The notes below the pieces were generated by a model. The model searched no databases, had not been told where the DNA came from, and saw nothing but the letters and a program-made list of their open reading frames with translations. Positions 25,938 to 35,965 of a DNA stretch of 39,515 nt are shown in pieces. A program made the position numbers and the translations under genes. This stretch comes from Candidatus Udaeobacter sp. (GTDB lineage Bacteria > Verrucomicrobiota > Verrucomicrobiia > Chthoniobacterales > UBA10450). How positions within the stretch are numbered: the first letter of the stretch is position 1; each line of letters starts with the position of its first letter. The stretch covers positions 1-39,515 of the forward strand of contig JBEDUS010000200.1 in assembly GCA_040414975.1 (NCBI GenBank), given 5' to 3'.

Positions 25938-28900
25938 CTACGATTGCGTCGTCACCAACCAACGCGAAAGTTTTTCCTCGAGCTCGCGTGTGAGGTTCAC
26001 ACTAAACTCTGCGCCTGCGTTCAGACGCAGGGCGTTGCCATTTGCGCGATCAAATAGCAACTGAACCGGACGCCGGCCCGGCGAGCTGGCAAGAATTTTG
26101 CGCACTTCTCGTAATTCGTCACCCGTTGTAGCGGACGAGAATTGCAACAGCACCGCGGACTCCTGAGTTGAGTCCGTCGATTCTTCGGTCGCTCCATTGG
26201 GCTTTCGAGGCGAAAGCGTCTTGATTTCCTGTGCAACGGCGCGAGGGATCTCCTCGCGTTTGTCCAGTGTTCCTTTGATTTCGATAACGCGTCCCGGCAC
26301 AAGCGCGCTTGAAACTTTCAGGTAAACCTCGTTCCACACGACCACTTCGAGCATGTCTGCCCGGTCTTCGATCCAAATTACGGCGAATGGTTTACCCTCT
26401 TTTCTTGTAAACTTTTTTTCAACCTCGACAATCGCCCCGGCAATCTTGAGCGGTGCGCGATCATCGAGCCCACCTAATGAAGCAATCGATCGATAATTTT
26501 TTGCCGCGAAAACATCCGCATACGCGTCGAGCGGATGGCCACTGACGTAGAAACCAAGCAGTTCCTTCTCGTAAGAAAGTTTTTGATGCTCGCTCCAAGG
26601 CGAGGCAGGCCTTTTCCTCGATCCGGTTGGAGCGGTTGTTTCATCAAACAGTGAAACTTGGCCGGCGATCCTGTCACGTTGCGCTGCGGCGGAAGCCATG
26701 ACCGCGTCATCAATACAGCTAAAAAGTTCCGAACGATCTCGGCCAACAAAATCAAATGCGCCAGCCTTGATGAGGCTCTCGAGCATCTTTCGGTTGGCGA
26801 CGCGCGAGTCTAGCCGCGTGCAGAAATCTTCCAGCGAACTGAACGGCCCTCGCTGTTCGCGTTCGCGGATTGCCGCTTCCATGGCCGTTTCGCCGACGTG
26901 TTTGATAGCAGCAAGGCCGTAACGAATGGCGTTGTAGCCGAGGTCGCTGACCCCAGTTTGTAATTCTCGCGCGCGCCCTCCGGCATCAGCAAGGCCAGCT
27001 GCAGCTTTGCTACCGCGCTCGGCGCCCGCGGCTACAGTCTCTGGAACAAACTCCAAGCCGCTCTTGTTGATGTCTGGCGGCAGGATGGAAATTCCCATTC
27101 TTCTGCATTCGCCGACGAAAATGGAAATTTTTTCCGTGTTGTTGATCTCGTTGCTCAGCAAACCCGCCATGAATTCCACCGGGTAATGCGCTTTGAGATA
27201 CGCGGTTTGATAACTGATCACGCCATAGGCTGCGCTGTGGCTCTTGTTGAATCCGTAACCCGCGAATTTCTCCAGCAAATCGAAGATGGCATTCGCTTTC
27301 TTCTCAGGAATCTTGTTTGCGCGGGCGCAGCCTTCGATGAAATTTCTCCTCTCTTTCGCCATTTTTTCCTTGTCTTTCTTGCCCATGGCGCGCCGGAGAA
27401 GATCAGCTTGCGCAAGTGAGTAGCCGGCAAGTTTGCTCGCTGCAGCCATCACCTGTTCCTGGTAAATCATGACGCCATACGTGTCGGCGCAGATATCTTC
27501 GAGCAGCGGATGCAGATATTTGATCGGTGTGATCCCCTTTTTCGCTTTCACGTACTCAGGGATGAGTTCCATTGGGCCGGGCCGGTAAAGGGCGATCAAT
27601 GCGATGATGTCGTCGAGCTTCTTTACGTCGAACTGCTTGGACAAACTGGTCATCCCGCCGGATTCCATCTGGAAAAGACCGATGGTTTCACCGCGGTTAA
27701 AAAGGACAAACGCGGCGGCGTCATCGAGTGGAATCTCCTTCTGAGAAAAGTTTGGATCACGCTTGTGAATTAAGGCCAAAGTATCCTCAATGACTGTCAG
27801 CGTTTTTAATCCGAGGAAATCCATCTTCAAAAGGCCGAGGTCATTGAGTGGGCCCATCGCGTACTGGCTGATCACGTCGTTGCCTTTCACGTCGCGGCAA
27901 AGAGGGATGTAATCAGACAGATCCCGATCGGCCATCACGACTCCCGCGGCGTGCACGCCTGCATTGCGCGACAACCCTTCAAGGACTTTTGCGTAGTCGA
28001 AAAGCTGCTTCGTCGTCGCCTCGGTAGCCACTGCGCGCTTCAGTTCCGGATTTTTTTCCACGGCTGAATCGAGCGTGATGTTCAGCTCGTTGGGGATCAT
28101 TTTTGCAATGCGATCCGCATCGCGATAGCTCCACCCCATCACTCGTCCGACGTCGCGAACAACGCTTTTCGCCTTCAGTTTCCCAAACGTGATGATTTGT
28201 GCAACGCGCCGCTCGCCATATTTCTGTCGCACGTATTCGAGCACCTCACCGCGCCGGGCTTCGCAAAAATCGATGTCGATATCCGGTGGCGAAACACGGT
28301 CGGGATTTAAGAATCGCTCGAAAAGTAATCCGTACTGGAGCGGGTCGATATCAGTGATTCCGAGAACGTAAGTGACCATCGAACCGGCGGCGGAGCCGCG
28401 TCCGGGTCCCACAGGAATACCTTTTCCTTTGGCAAAGTGAATGAAATCCCAAACAATGAGCAAATAACTGACGAACCCCGTTTTTTCGAAAACGCTCAGT
28501 TCGTAATCGAGCCGTCGGATCAGCTCTGGATCGTCCGCCGCGCGTTCGCCGTAGCGTTGCCCCAAACCCTCGTAACAAAGCTCGCGTAAATATTCTTCCC
28601 GGGTTTTTCCCGGCGGCGACGGATACTCCGGATACTTGGAACGCCCAAACTCGAGATCGAGATGACAGCGTTCACCAATCTTAAGTGTGTTCGCAATCGC
28701 TTCGGGAAAATCGCGGAACAGCTCGCGCATTTCGGCCGGTGATTTGAAATACAATTCCGGCACGTAGCGCATCCGGGTTTCGTCCTGCACCATTTTTCCC
28801 GTGCCGATGCAAAGCATTACGTCGTGCGCCTGGTGGTCGCTGCGGCGCAGAAAATGAACATCGTTGGCCGCGACCAGCCCGACCCCAATGTCCCGCGCAA

Positions 28901-29483
28901 TTTGCGGCAGCGCTGTCATGCATTTGCGTTGTTCTTCTATCCCGTGATCGTGCAATTCGATGAAGAAATTTTTCGCACCGAGAATGTCCCGATATTCGCC
29001 TGCGCTCTGTCTTGCCTTCTCGATGTTGTTCGCCTGAATTGCGGTGTTGATTTCGCCTGCGAGACAGCCGCTGAGCCCAATCAGGCCCTCCGACCGCGCT
29101 GCGAGGAGTTCCTTATCAATCCTGGGCGCGTAATGAAAACCATCCAGATGCGCCGCGGTCACCAACTTGACCAGATTTTGGTAGCCAGTCTCGTTTTCCG
29201 CCAACAAAGTGAAGTGATACGCTGCATCACGACGCGATCCCGGCCGGTCCTTATGCGATCCCGGGGCGATATATGCCTCGCAACCGATGATCGGTTTGAC
29301 CCCGGCACGCTGCGCTTCCTGGTAAAATTCAATCGCCCCGAACAAATTGCCGTGATCCGTGATCGCGACCGCCGGCATTTTGAATTCAGCTGCTTTTCTC
29401 ATCAGCTCTTTCATCCGGATAGCGCCGTCCAACAGCGAATATTCTGTATGCAGATGCAGATGAACAAAGGAGTCGCGAGCCAT
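25938..29483 (-). CDS. dnaE: DNA polymerase III alpha subunit
   Basis: PHP domain (FVHLHLHTEYSLLDG, ITDHGNLFG), palm (GPGRGSAAGS, PDIDIDF), GYGFNKSHSAAY, HhH (IRYGLAAIKHVG) and a C-terminal OB fold. 1181 aa. Confidence 0.97.
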   Translation of the reverse strand: MARDSFVHLHLHTEYSLLDGAIRMKELMRKAAEFKMPAVAITDHGNLFGAIEFYQEAQRAGVKPIIGCEAYIAPGSHKDRPGSRRDAAYHFTLLAENETGYQNLVKLVTAAHLDGFHYAPRIDKELLAARSEGLIGLSGCLAGEINTAIQANNIEKARQSAGEYRDILGAKNFFIELHDHGIEEQRKCMTALPQIARDIGVGLVAANDVHFLRRSDHQAHDVMLCIGTGKMVQDETRMRYVPELYFKSPAEMRELFRDFPEAIANTLKIGERCHLDLEFGRSKYPEYPSPPGKTREEYLRELCYEGLGQRYGERAADDPELIRRLDYELSVFEKTGFVSYLLIVWDFIHFAKGKGIPVGPGRGSAAGSMVTYVLGITDIDPLQYGLLFERFLNPDRVSPPDIDIDFCEARRGEVLEYVRQKYGERRVAQIITFGKLKAKSVVRDVGRVMGWSYRDADRIAKMIPNELNITLDSAVEKNPELKRAVATEATTKQLFDYAKVLEGLSRNAGVHAAGVVMADRDLSDYIPLCRDVKGNDVISQYAMGPLNDLGLLKMDFLGLKTLTVIEDTLALIHKRDPNFSQKEIPLDDAAAFVLFNRGETIGLFQMESGGMTSLSKQFDVKKLDDIIALIALYRPGPMELIPEYVKAKKGITPIKYLHPLLEDICADTYGVMIYQEQVMAAASKLAGYSLAQADLLRRAMGKKDKEKMAKERRNFIEGCARANKIPEKKANAIFDLLEKFAGYGFNKSHSAAYGVISYQTAYLKAHYPVEFMAGLLSNEINNTEKISIFVGECRRMGISILPPDINKSGLEFVPETVAAGAERGSKAAAGLADAGGRARELQTGVSDLGYNAIRYGLAAIKHVGETAMEAAIREREQRGPFSSLEDFCTRLDSRVANRKMLESLIKAGAFDFVGRDRSELFSCIDDAVMASAAAQRDRIAGQVSLFDETTAPTGSRKRPASPWSEHQKLSYEKELLGFYVSGHPLDAYADVFAAKNYRSIASLGGLDDRAPLKIAGAIVEVEKKFTRKEGKPFAVIWIEDRADMLEVVVWNEVYLKVSSALVPGRVIEIKGTLDKREEIPRAVAQEIKTLSPRKPNGATEESTDSTQESAVLLQFSSATTGDELREVRKILASSPGRRPVQLLFDRANGNALRLNAGAEFSVNLTRELEEKLSRWLVTTQS

Positions 29484-29593
29484 TTAGTTCAGTATAACCG
29501 TCAAAGAAAATTTTGTGCAAATCTGCCAAGCATGACGGCGCGATTGAAGTCATAAAAACGGGCCGACTCATTCTTGCGACCGTTGTTTCCTCG

Positions 29594-29704
29594 CCTCTCC
29601 CCTTGGCCAAGGGGAGAGGATTAAGATGAGGGGTTCGTGCCGATTTACTCGCAGTCGCTCTGAATGAACCCTCACCGTCCCCCTCTCCCTTCGCAAGGGA
29701 GAGG
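29594..29704. repeat. Composite palindromic (REP/MITE-like) element in the dnaE-glnB divergent spacer
   Basis: A perfect 26-nt palindrome CCTCTCCCCTTGGCCAAGGGGAGAGG (29594-29619). A related hairpin CCTCTCCCTT-CGC-AAGGGAGAGG (29682-29704). Inner inverted arms TGAGGGGTTC (29627-29636) and GAACCCTCA (29666-29674). Confidence 0.8.
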
Positions 29705-29817
29705 CGACCTCACAGTCACAGGTCTGATCCAACCAAACGCAATTGAGAATCAGCCATTCCTCTCACATTTTGCTGCCCAAAAAATTCGTGATTGCATTCG
29801 CATCGCGGCATTGCTAA

Positions 29818-30218
<401 letters not shown>

Positions 30219-30219
<1 letters not shown>

Positions 30220-30941
30220 TGGTACCCGGTGCAGCCTCCGACATTTTGCCGGAGCGGGTGTCGCCTGCATTCATTAAGGTCGCGAGCATCTGTGCGATTT
30301 TGACGGCGCTCTCAACCGTCGCGGTCCATTGGCTGCCTGATCTATGGAGCAACGCGACGACGTTTGAATCGCAAATACAGCTTCGGCACAACGCCATTTA
30401 CATGGGTCGCCTCTGGGTGGTGCTGATCCATTGCGTGCTTGTGGTCATTTCAATGGCCGCAATTCCTATCCTTCTGAGCGGCACGTCGCGAGTGATCGGA
30501 ATATTCGGGTTTGGCAGTTACGTTCTGTTTGCCTTTGTGGAAATGCTCAGGACGTCATTGTTCATCTTCGCGGTGAATCGTGCGTGGCGGACCGGTTATG
30601 AAACGAGTGCCGATGAGATGCAGCGCCGCGCGTTTCGCTCGGCGCTCGACACTTTTGGAGGCGTTAACGACGCGCTCTTCTTTCTTTTTTTCCTGGCGTT
30701 TACAGCCGGCCTTTTCTGTTACGGAATCGCGCTGCTTTCGAATAGCGGAACGGACCGCGGCGTCGCATATTTATTTCTACTTTGGGGCATTCTTAATCTT
30801 CCCGGCTTGATCGGAGCGTTGCTCGCAAACGAGTCTCTTGGTGCCTATTTCGACTGGGTTGGCCGCTATTTTCAACCGATCGCCAGATTATTGATCGGCC
30901 TCTGGCTCTGGAACATCGCTAAGCGACGCTGCGCCACATGA
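30219..30941 (+). CDS. Uncharacterised ~6-TM membrane protein, translationally coupled to glnB
   Basis: The ATG at 30219 overlaps the glnB TGA by 1 nt (TGATG). There are six hydrophobic segments. It is far too short for AmtB and I recognised no family motif. Confidence 0.6.
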
Positions 30942-30982
30942 TTTTCCATCAACTCTCAACTAACAATTAACAACTCCAACAT

Positions 30983-32404
30983 ATGGCTAAAGACAAAACT
31001 CCATCCGACGTCAGCAAAATGATCAAAGAGGGCAACGTGAAGTTGATCGATTTCAAGTTCACGGATTTGCTCGGCACCTGGCAGCATTTCACGACCACGC
31101 TCACCGAGTACAATGAGGAGATCTTCACCGATGGCCTCGGGTTTGACGGATCAAGCATTCGCGGCTGGCGCGTGATCAACGCCTCAGACATGCTCGTCAT
31201 TCCCGATGCGACGACCGCGTGGATCGATGTCTTCAACGCTGAACCGACGCTGAGTTTAATTTGCACCATCGTCGATCCGATCACTCGCCAACCGTACGAT
31301 CGCGACCCGCGCGGTGTTGCCGAAAAAGCGGAGGCTTATCTCAAATCGACCGGCATCGCGGACACCGCGTTCTTTGGGCCCGAGGCGGAGTTTTTCATTT
31401 TCGACGATGTGCGATTTGCGAATACCGGCAACGCCGCGTCATACATGGTCGATAGCGTCGAAGGACATTGGAATAGCGCGCGCGAAGAATTTCCAAATCT
31501 AGGTTACAAGATTCGGCCCAAAGAAGGTTATTTTCCGGTCTCGCCGATGGATTCGTTGCAAGACATTCGCAACGAAATGTGTTTGGAGCTGGAAAACGCA
31601 GGCGTCGCGATCGAGCGCCAGCATCATGAAGTCGCAACCGCTGGCCAGGCGGAGATCGACATCCGGTTCGCGCCTCTCAAACGCATGGGCGACAACATGC
31701 AGTATTACAAATACATCCTGCGCAACGTCGCCAAACGGCATAACAAAACGGTCACGTTCATGCCGAAACCGATCTTCGCCGATAACGGGTCGGGGATGCA
31801 TACGCACATGTCGCTGTGGAATGCCGATAAGCCGCTGTTTGCCGGGAACGGTTACGCAGGCTTGAGTGAGGCCGCGCTCTTTTTCATTGGCGGAATTTTG
31901 AAACACGCGCCGGCGCTCACCTGCCTGACGAACCCGACTACGAATAGCTACAAGCGACTCGTTCCCGGGTTCGAAGCACCGGTCAATCTCGCCTACTCCG
32001 CGCGCAATCGCTCCGCGGCCATTCGAATTCCGACCTATTCGCCGAGTCCGAAAGCAAAGCGCATCGAATTCCGGACGCCGGATGCCGCCGCAAATCCATA
32101 TCTCGCCTTCTCGGCGATGCTTCTAGCCGGTCTCGATGGAATCCAAAACCGCATGGATCCCGGCGATCCTCTCGACAAAAACCTCTACGAACTACCACCC
32201 GAGGAACTCGCACAGGTCGCCAGTGTGCCCGATTCATTGCGGGGGGCAATCGAAGCGCTCCAGGCAGATCATTCCTTCCTGTTACGCGGCGACGTGTTCA
32301 ACGAAGACTTCATCGCCAACTGGATCGACATGAAACAAAAAGAATACGACGCGCTGCGTTTAAGGCCCCACCCCTATGAATTTGCGATGTATTATGATGT
32401 TTGA
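30983..32404 (+). CDS. glnA: Glutamine synthetase, type I
   Basis: 473 aa. [29 protein letters not shown]...[23 protein letters not shown], and the adenylylation-loop motif [10 protein letters not shown]. Confidence 0.95.
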   Translation: MAKDKTPSDVSKMIKEGNVKLIDFKFTDLLGTWQHFTTTLTEYNEEIFTDGLGFDGSSIRGWRVINASDMLVIPDATTAWIDVFNAEPTLSLICTIVDPITRQPYDRDPRGVAEKAEAYLKSTGIADTAFFGPEAEFFIFDDVRFANTGNAASYMVDSVEGHWNSAREEFPNLGYKIRPKEGYFPVSPMDSLQDIRNEMCLELENAGVAIERQHHEVATAGQAEIDIRFAPLKRMGDNMQYYKYILRNVAKRHNKTVTFMPKPIFADNGSGMHTHMSLWNADKPLFAGNGYAGLSEAALFFIGGILKHAPALTCLTNPTTNSYKRLVPGFEAPVNLAYSARNRSAAIRIPTYSPSPKAKRIEFRTPDAAANPYLAFSAMLLAGLDGIQNRMDPGDPLDKNLYELPPEELAQVASVPDSLRGAIEALQADHSFLLRGDVFNEDFIANWIDMKQKEYDALRLRPHPYEFAMYYDV

Positions 32405-32462
32405 TCGTCGCGTGTCGTTGCGAGCGAAGTCGAGAAATCTCTGATTGCCTTCCGCCCTTGGA

Positions 32463-33450
32463 TTAATCCAAAGGGCTCTTCACTCCGATCCCCGGCTTGT
32501 TAAGCACGTTCGTGTAAATCATTGTCGTGGACACGTCTTTGTGACCGAGCAGTTCCTGCACAGTTCGAATGTCGTAACCTTTAGATAGCAAATGCGTCGC
32601 GAATGAGTGCCGTAAACTGTGACAATTGGCGCGCTTCACAATCCCAGCGGCGTCCACAGCTCGTTTGAGCGCGCTTTGCAACACCCCCTCGGCAATATGG
32701 TGCCGCTGTTTCCGGCCGGTGCGCGGATCGATGGAGAGACGAGACGAAGGAAAAACGTATTGCCAGGCCCACTGACGCGCCGCATTAGGAAGCTTGCGCG
32801 CGAGGGCGAATGGAAGATGAACACTGCCGAATCCGTCTTCGAGATCCTGCTCATGTTGTGCTTTGGCTCGCGATAAGTGACGGCGCCGGGGTTCACTTAG
32901 ATTCAACGGCAGCATCGTAACGCGATCCTTTCCGCCTTTTGCATCATGCACAGTGATTTGGGCGAGCTCAAAATCCACGTCTTTTATTCGCAACCGAACG
33001 CATTCCATCAAGCGCAACCCGCTGCCATACAGCAAGCCGGCCATCAGTTTGGGCATGCCATGAAGATGCGCGAAAATTTGTTTCACCTCGCGCCGCGATA
33101 AAACGACCGGCATCTTCGGCGGCTTTTTGGCTCGCTCGACCTTTTCGAGCCAGCCCATCTCATGGTTTGAGCACCTCTTTGTAGAGAAAAAGCAACGCGC
33201 TCAGCGCCTGGTTTTGAGTCGAAGCCGCCACGTTGAGATCGCGTGCAAGATAAGTCAGAAATTCGGCGACTTCCTCTTCGGCCATCTCTCCAGGGTGCCG
33301 TTTGCCGTGATAGATGATGAACCGCTTAATCCAGTCGATATAAGCCTGCTCGGTGCGCATGGAATAATGCTTGCGTCGGATAATGTTCCGCACCTGGTCG
33401 AGCAGTTTTGGTTTGTCCGCGACCGGCCTTCTGGCTACTCTGTCCGACAT
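32463..33450 (-). pseudogene. intI: Integron integrase IntI interrupted by a 1-nt frameshift
   Basis: The N-terminal 96 codons ([49 protein letters not shown]) end at TGA 33162-33160. The rest continues in another frame from ~33161: [34 protein letters not shown], the IntI-specific [45 protein letters not shown] and [16 protein letters not shown]. Confidence 0.85.
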
Positions 33451-33495
33451 GCGAATGAGTTTGTCCTCCCAACTCTCAAACTCAAGCCGGATTAG

Positions 33496-33555
33496 ACCCA
33501 AAAACTGGGTATTTCTCTTGAAATGCCCAAAAATTGGGTCGAATTCTCGTTAGAT
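33496..33555 (+). promoter_or_regulatory. Putative attI: two direct repeats plus core site GTTAGAT
   Basis: ACCCAAAAACTGGGT (33496-33510) and GCCCAAAAATTGGGT (33525-33539) are followed by ...TTCTCGTTAGATG. The core is at 33549-33555. Its context is identical to the R' end of attC 1 (TTCTCGTTAGATG). Confidence 0.55.
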
Positions 33556-33566
33556 GGTGAAGCGCG

Positions 33567-33890
33567 ATGATTATCGCAGCCTGCGTCGGAGCGTTAGCGG
33601 TCCTTGGAATTGCATTACACATGTTTTTCATGCGGAAGCTGCAGCTCCAGTGTCCCGATGAGTGGGAGCGCCTCGGGGCGCCTAATCCTTTTCTGCCGAA
33701 CGACCCTCAAACAAGCTGGCGTCTCACGAAATATGTAATGGGCGGAGCATTCAAGGCACTTCCAGACAAACGAGTAGTGCGACTCGGCCGCATTCTCCGG
33801 GTATTCGAATGGTTGTGGGTCTGCGGTTGGACATTTTACATCCTGCTCGTCGCATTCGTCCTGATTCCATTATGGCTCCGTGGCAAGTAA
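33567..33890 (+). CDS. Cassette 1 ORF: 107-aa membrane protein of unknown function
   Basis: It starts 12 nt after the attI core, and its stop lies 2 nt before the R'' of attC 1. It has an N-terminal TM (IIAACVGALAVLGIALHMFF) and C-terminal hydrophobic helices. Confidence 0.5.
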   Translation: MIIAACVGALAVLGIALHMFFMRKLQLQCPDEWERLGAPNPFLPNDPQTSWRLTKYVMGGAFKALPDKRVVRLGRILRVFEWLWVCGWTFYILLVAFVLIPLWLRGK

Positions 33891-33892
33891 CC

Positions 33893-33988
33893 ACCTAACC
33901 AATCGATGAAGCCAACGTCCCCATTGCGAAACAAATCCAGCGTGTTTGCCACGACACCCTGCCGTGGCTTATCTCTTTCTCGTTAGAT
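33893..33988 (+). repeat. attC site 1 (complete, 96 nt)
   Basis: R''=ACCTAAC (33893-99), L''=GATGAAGC (33905-12), L'=GCTTATCT (33967-74), R'=GTTAGAT (33982-88). R''/R' pair at 6 of 7 positions. L''/L' pair over 7 bp with one bulged G. The central region contains further stems. The architecture parallels the aadA 59-base element. Confidence 0.8.
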
Positions 33989-34418
33989 GCTAGTGCCGCG
34001 CTCGGTCAAGCTCCTGCCGGTCGCACTACTGATTGCTGGGTGTGCAACAAATGAATCTCGCGAGACGATCTTGGTTGACTCCTACACGTACCACGAGATG
34101 AAGACACTGCAGTCCTCGGCATATGAGATTCAGACTTGGGCTTGGTTACGTGGCATCTCCCGAGCAGAAATCCACGCGATTGAGGCGTTCGTAGCGTGAC
34201 ACCGGGAGATACGCAAACCGATTCTCCGCATGATGGCCGTGAAGAATGATCGCGTACAGGTACTCACGGGGAGCGATGAACATCGCGGCGACATTTATAA
34301 TTCCTTTCATGTCGTTAAACGCGATGGAAAGTGGCGCCTCGAAGAATCCCAAATCGAGGACATTCGTGTCACAGAGGATCGTGCCGAGCTTCTTCGGCGT
34401 GGTGGTTCCGGCATCTAA
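33987..34418 (+). pseudogene. Cassette 2: lipoprotein reading frame split by an in-frame TGA (70 + 62 codons plus linker)
   Basis: The ATG overlaps the R' of attC 1. The signal/lipobox is LLPVALLIAGC. TGA at 34197-34199 is followed in the same frame by HREIRKPILRMMAVKNDRVQ...KRDGKWRLEE. The terminal TAA lies inside the R'' of attC 2. Confidence 0.5.
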
Positions 34419-34484
34419 CCAGCCGATGAAGCCAACGCGCCCTTTGCGGTATAAGCTCCGCGTGATTGCCACGTCACCCTGCCG
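34413..34484 (+). repeat. attC copy 2: R''/L'' and central part retained, L'/R' missing
   Basis: ATCTAACCAGCCGATGAAGCCAACG...GTGATTGCCACGTCACCCTGCCG aligns with attC 1 up to 34484 and then diverges. I found no GCTTATCT / GTTRRRY downstream. Confidence 0.6.
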
Positions 34485-34589
34485 GAGGCTGAACCGGCAA
34501 GTAATTCGACAATTGTCGGTTGTGCTTACGATTTCGGCGACTTTTCCTTCCGTAACCGTCTAAATCCGCATCCCATCCGGGGCCGAGCG

Positions 34590-35738
34590 TTAACCATACG
34601 TGAATTCCGGCTTGCTCTGTCCAACCTCGATAATATAACCGTCAGGATCGCGGATGTAGCAGCGCGTCTCGCCGTACTTGTCCTTCGGCTCCGTGATGAA
34701 CTCGGCTCCTCGACTTCTCCATAATTCATAGCACGCTTGAATATCCGCAACGCGGATATTCATAAAGCCGCTGATCTTATCCGGGTCGGCGAGGACGCTG
34801 AGCGTTACCGACGGCTTGTCGGGGGTCGGGCCGCCCCCGACGTTGACAATGAGCCACGTATTCGCGATCTGAATGTACCCAGGCGCGCCTTTGCTGTCGC
34901 CTCTGCTCAGAATGCGACCGCCGAAGACCGTTTCATAGAAGCGAGCCGATCGGTCGATGTCGGCGACGGTGAGAAAATGTGCGACGGTAAACCCGTCCCG
35001 CGGGGGCATCTCGTAGCTCTTCTGTTCGATTTGTACGCTGTTCATTGAAGACTCCAATTCCGATCCAGTCATGAGTTTCAGAAGCGCCTGAGCTGCCGAG
35101 GTCGACGACGCAGGATTCTGGCCAGTAATGAGACGGCCGTCAGTGAAGGAAAAAGGCTGCCAGTTCGCCTTCTTCTCAAACATGGCACCGAGCCGCAGCA
35201 GTTCATCTTCGACCAGGAACGGCACAACGCTCGTGAGCTTCATCTCTTCCTCTTCGCCGTTAGTAAAGCCGGTTACGTGCTTCCCCTTTACCAGAGGTTC
35301 GCCTTTGTAAGTGACATGGCGAAGCACACCAGGCGAATGGCAGACCAGCGCAATTGGCTTGCCGGAGTTGTAAAACGATTCGAGCAGAGCAATGGAAACG
35401 GGGTCTTCGGCAAGATCCCACATCGGACCGTGTCCACCCGGATAGAACACGGTGTCGAAATCTTCTGATTTCACGCTCGAAAGCTTTGCCGTGTTGGCGA
35501 GAGCTTCCTGAGCCGTCTTATCTTTCTTAAAGCGCGTCATGGCCGGCGTTTGATTTTCCGGCAGATCGCTCTTTGGATCTAGCGGTGGCAGCCCGCCTTT
35601 GGGAGATGCCAGTGTTAGTTCGACTCCGGCATCTCTGAAAACAAAGTAGGGCGCTGCAAACTCCTCCAGCCAGAAACCCGTCTTGCGGCCAGTGTTGCCG
35701 AGTTGATCGTGCGAAGTTAATACCATCAGTATTCTCAT
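34590..35738 (-). CDS. Fusion protein: DJ-1/PfpI (class I glutamine amidotransferase-like) domain + VOC/glyoxalase-fold domain
   Basis: The N-terminal ~230 aa (MRILMVLTSHDQLG...TGFWLEEFA.PY..F, nucleophile-elbow ALVCHSPGVL) are DJ-1/PfpI-like. The C-terminal ~130 aa (VAHFLTVADIDRSARFYETVFG...YIRDPDGYIIEVGQ) are VOC-like. It is oriented opposite to the cassettes. Confidence 0.75.
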   Translation of the reverse strand: MRILMVLTSHDQLGNTGRKTGFWLEEFAAPYFVFRDAGVELTLASPKGGLPPLDPKSDLPENQTPAMTRFKKDKTAQEALANTAKLSSVKSEDFDTVFYPGGHGPMWDLAEDPVSIALLESFYNSGKPIALVCHSPGVLRHVTYKGEPLVKGKHVTGFTNGEEEEMKLTSVVPFLVEDELLRLGAMFEKKANWQPFSFTDGRLITGQNPASSTSAAQALLKLMTGSELESSMNSVQIEQKSYEMPPRDGFTVAHFLTVADIDRSARFYETVFGGRILSRGDSKGAPGYIQIANTWLIVNVGGGPTPDKPSVTLSVLADPDKISGFMNIRVADIQACYELWRSRGAEFITEPKDKYGETRCYIRDPDGYIIEVGQSKPEFTYG

Positions 35739-35965
35739 ATTCTATCTCCTTCTTTTCTCGACTTTCATTGGTTTAGCTGACTTTCAATAATGCCCGCCAC
35801 ATTGTGTCCTAGCACACGGGGATACTGAATCATTGCGCTCAAAAAAGCAGATTGTCCGTTTGCACCGCTTCCACGTAAGTGCCGAACGACTCAGGCGGCG
35901 CCGGGAGCTTGACGCCAGCTCTTTCAACCGCTGCTCGGCGCTGGCCGACTGAGAGTCTTCGCAGG

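Noticed and set aside
26931-27041. The DnaE insertion read as an intein
   Set aside because: It is far too short at ~37 aa. It has no Cys/Ser/Thr at the N-junction, no His-Asn plus nucleophile at the C-junction, and no endonuclease motifs.
34197-34228. The in-frame TGA read as selenocysteine, with the downstream hairpin as a SECIS
   Set aside because: The hairpin starts only 3 nt after the UGA, has a short 6-bp bulged stem and a 13-nt loop, and lacks the usual spacing and apical features of a bacterial SECIS. The protein context (a small lipoprotein with no redox motif) does not suggest a selenoprotein. A nonsense mutation fits the locus-wide decay.
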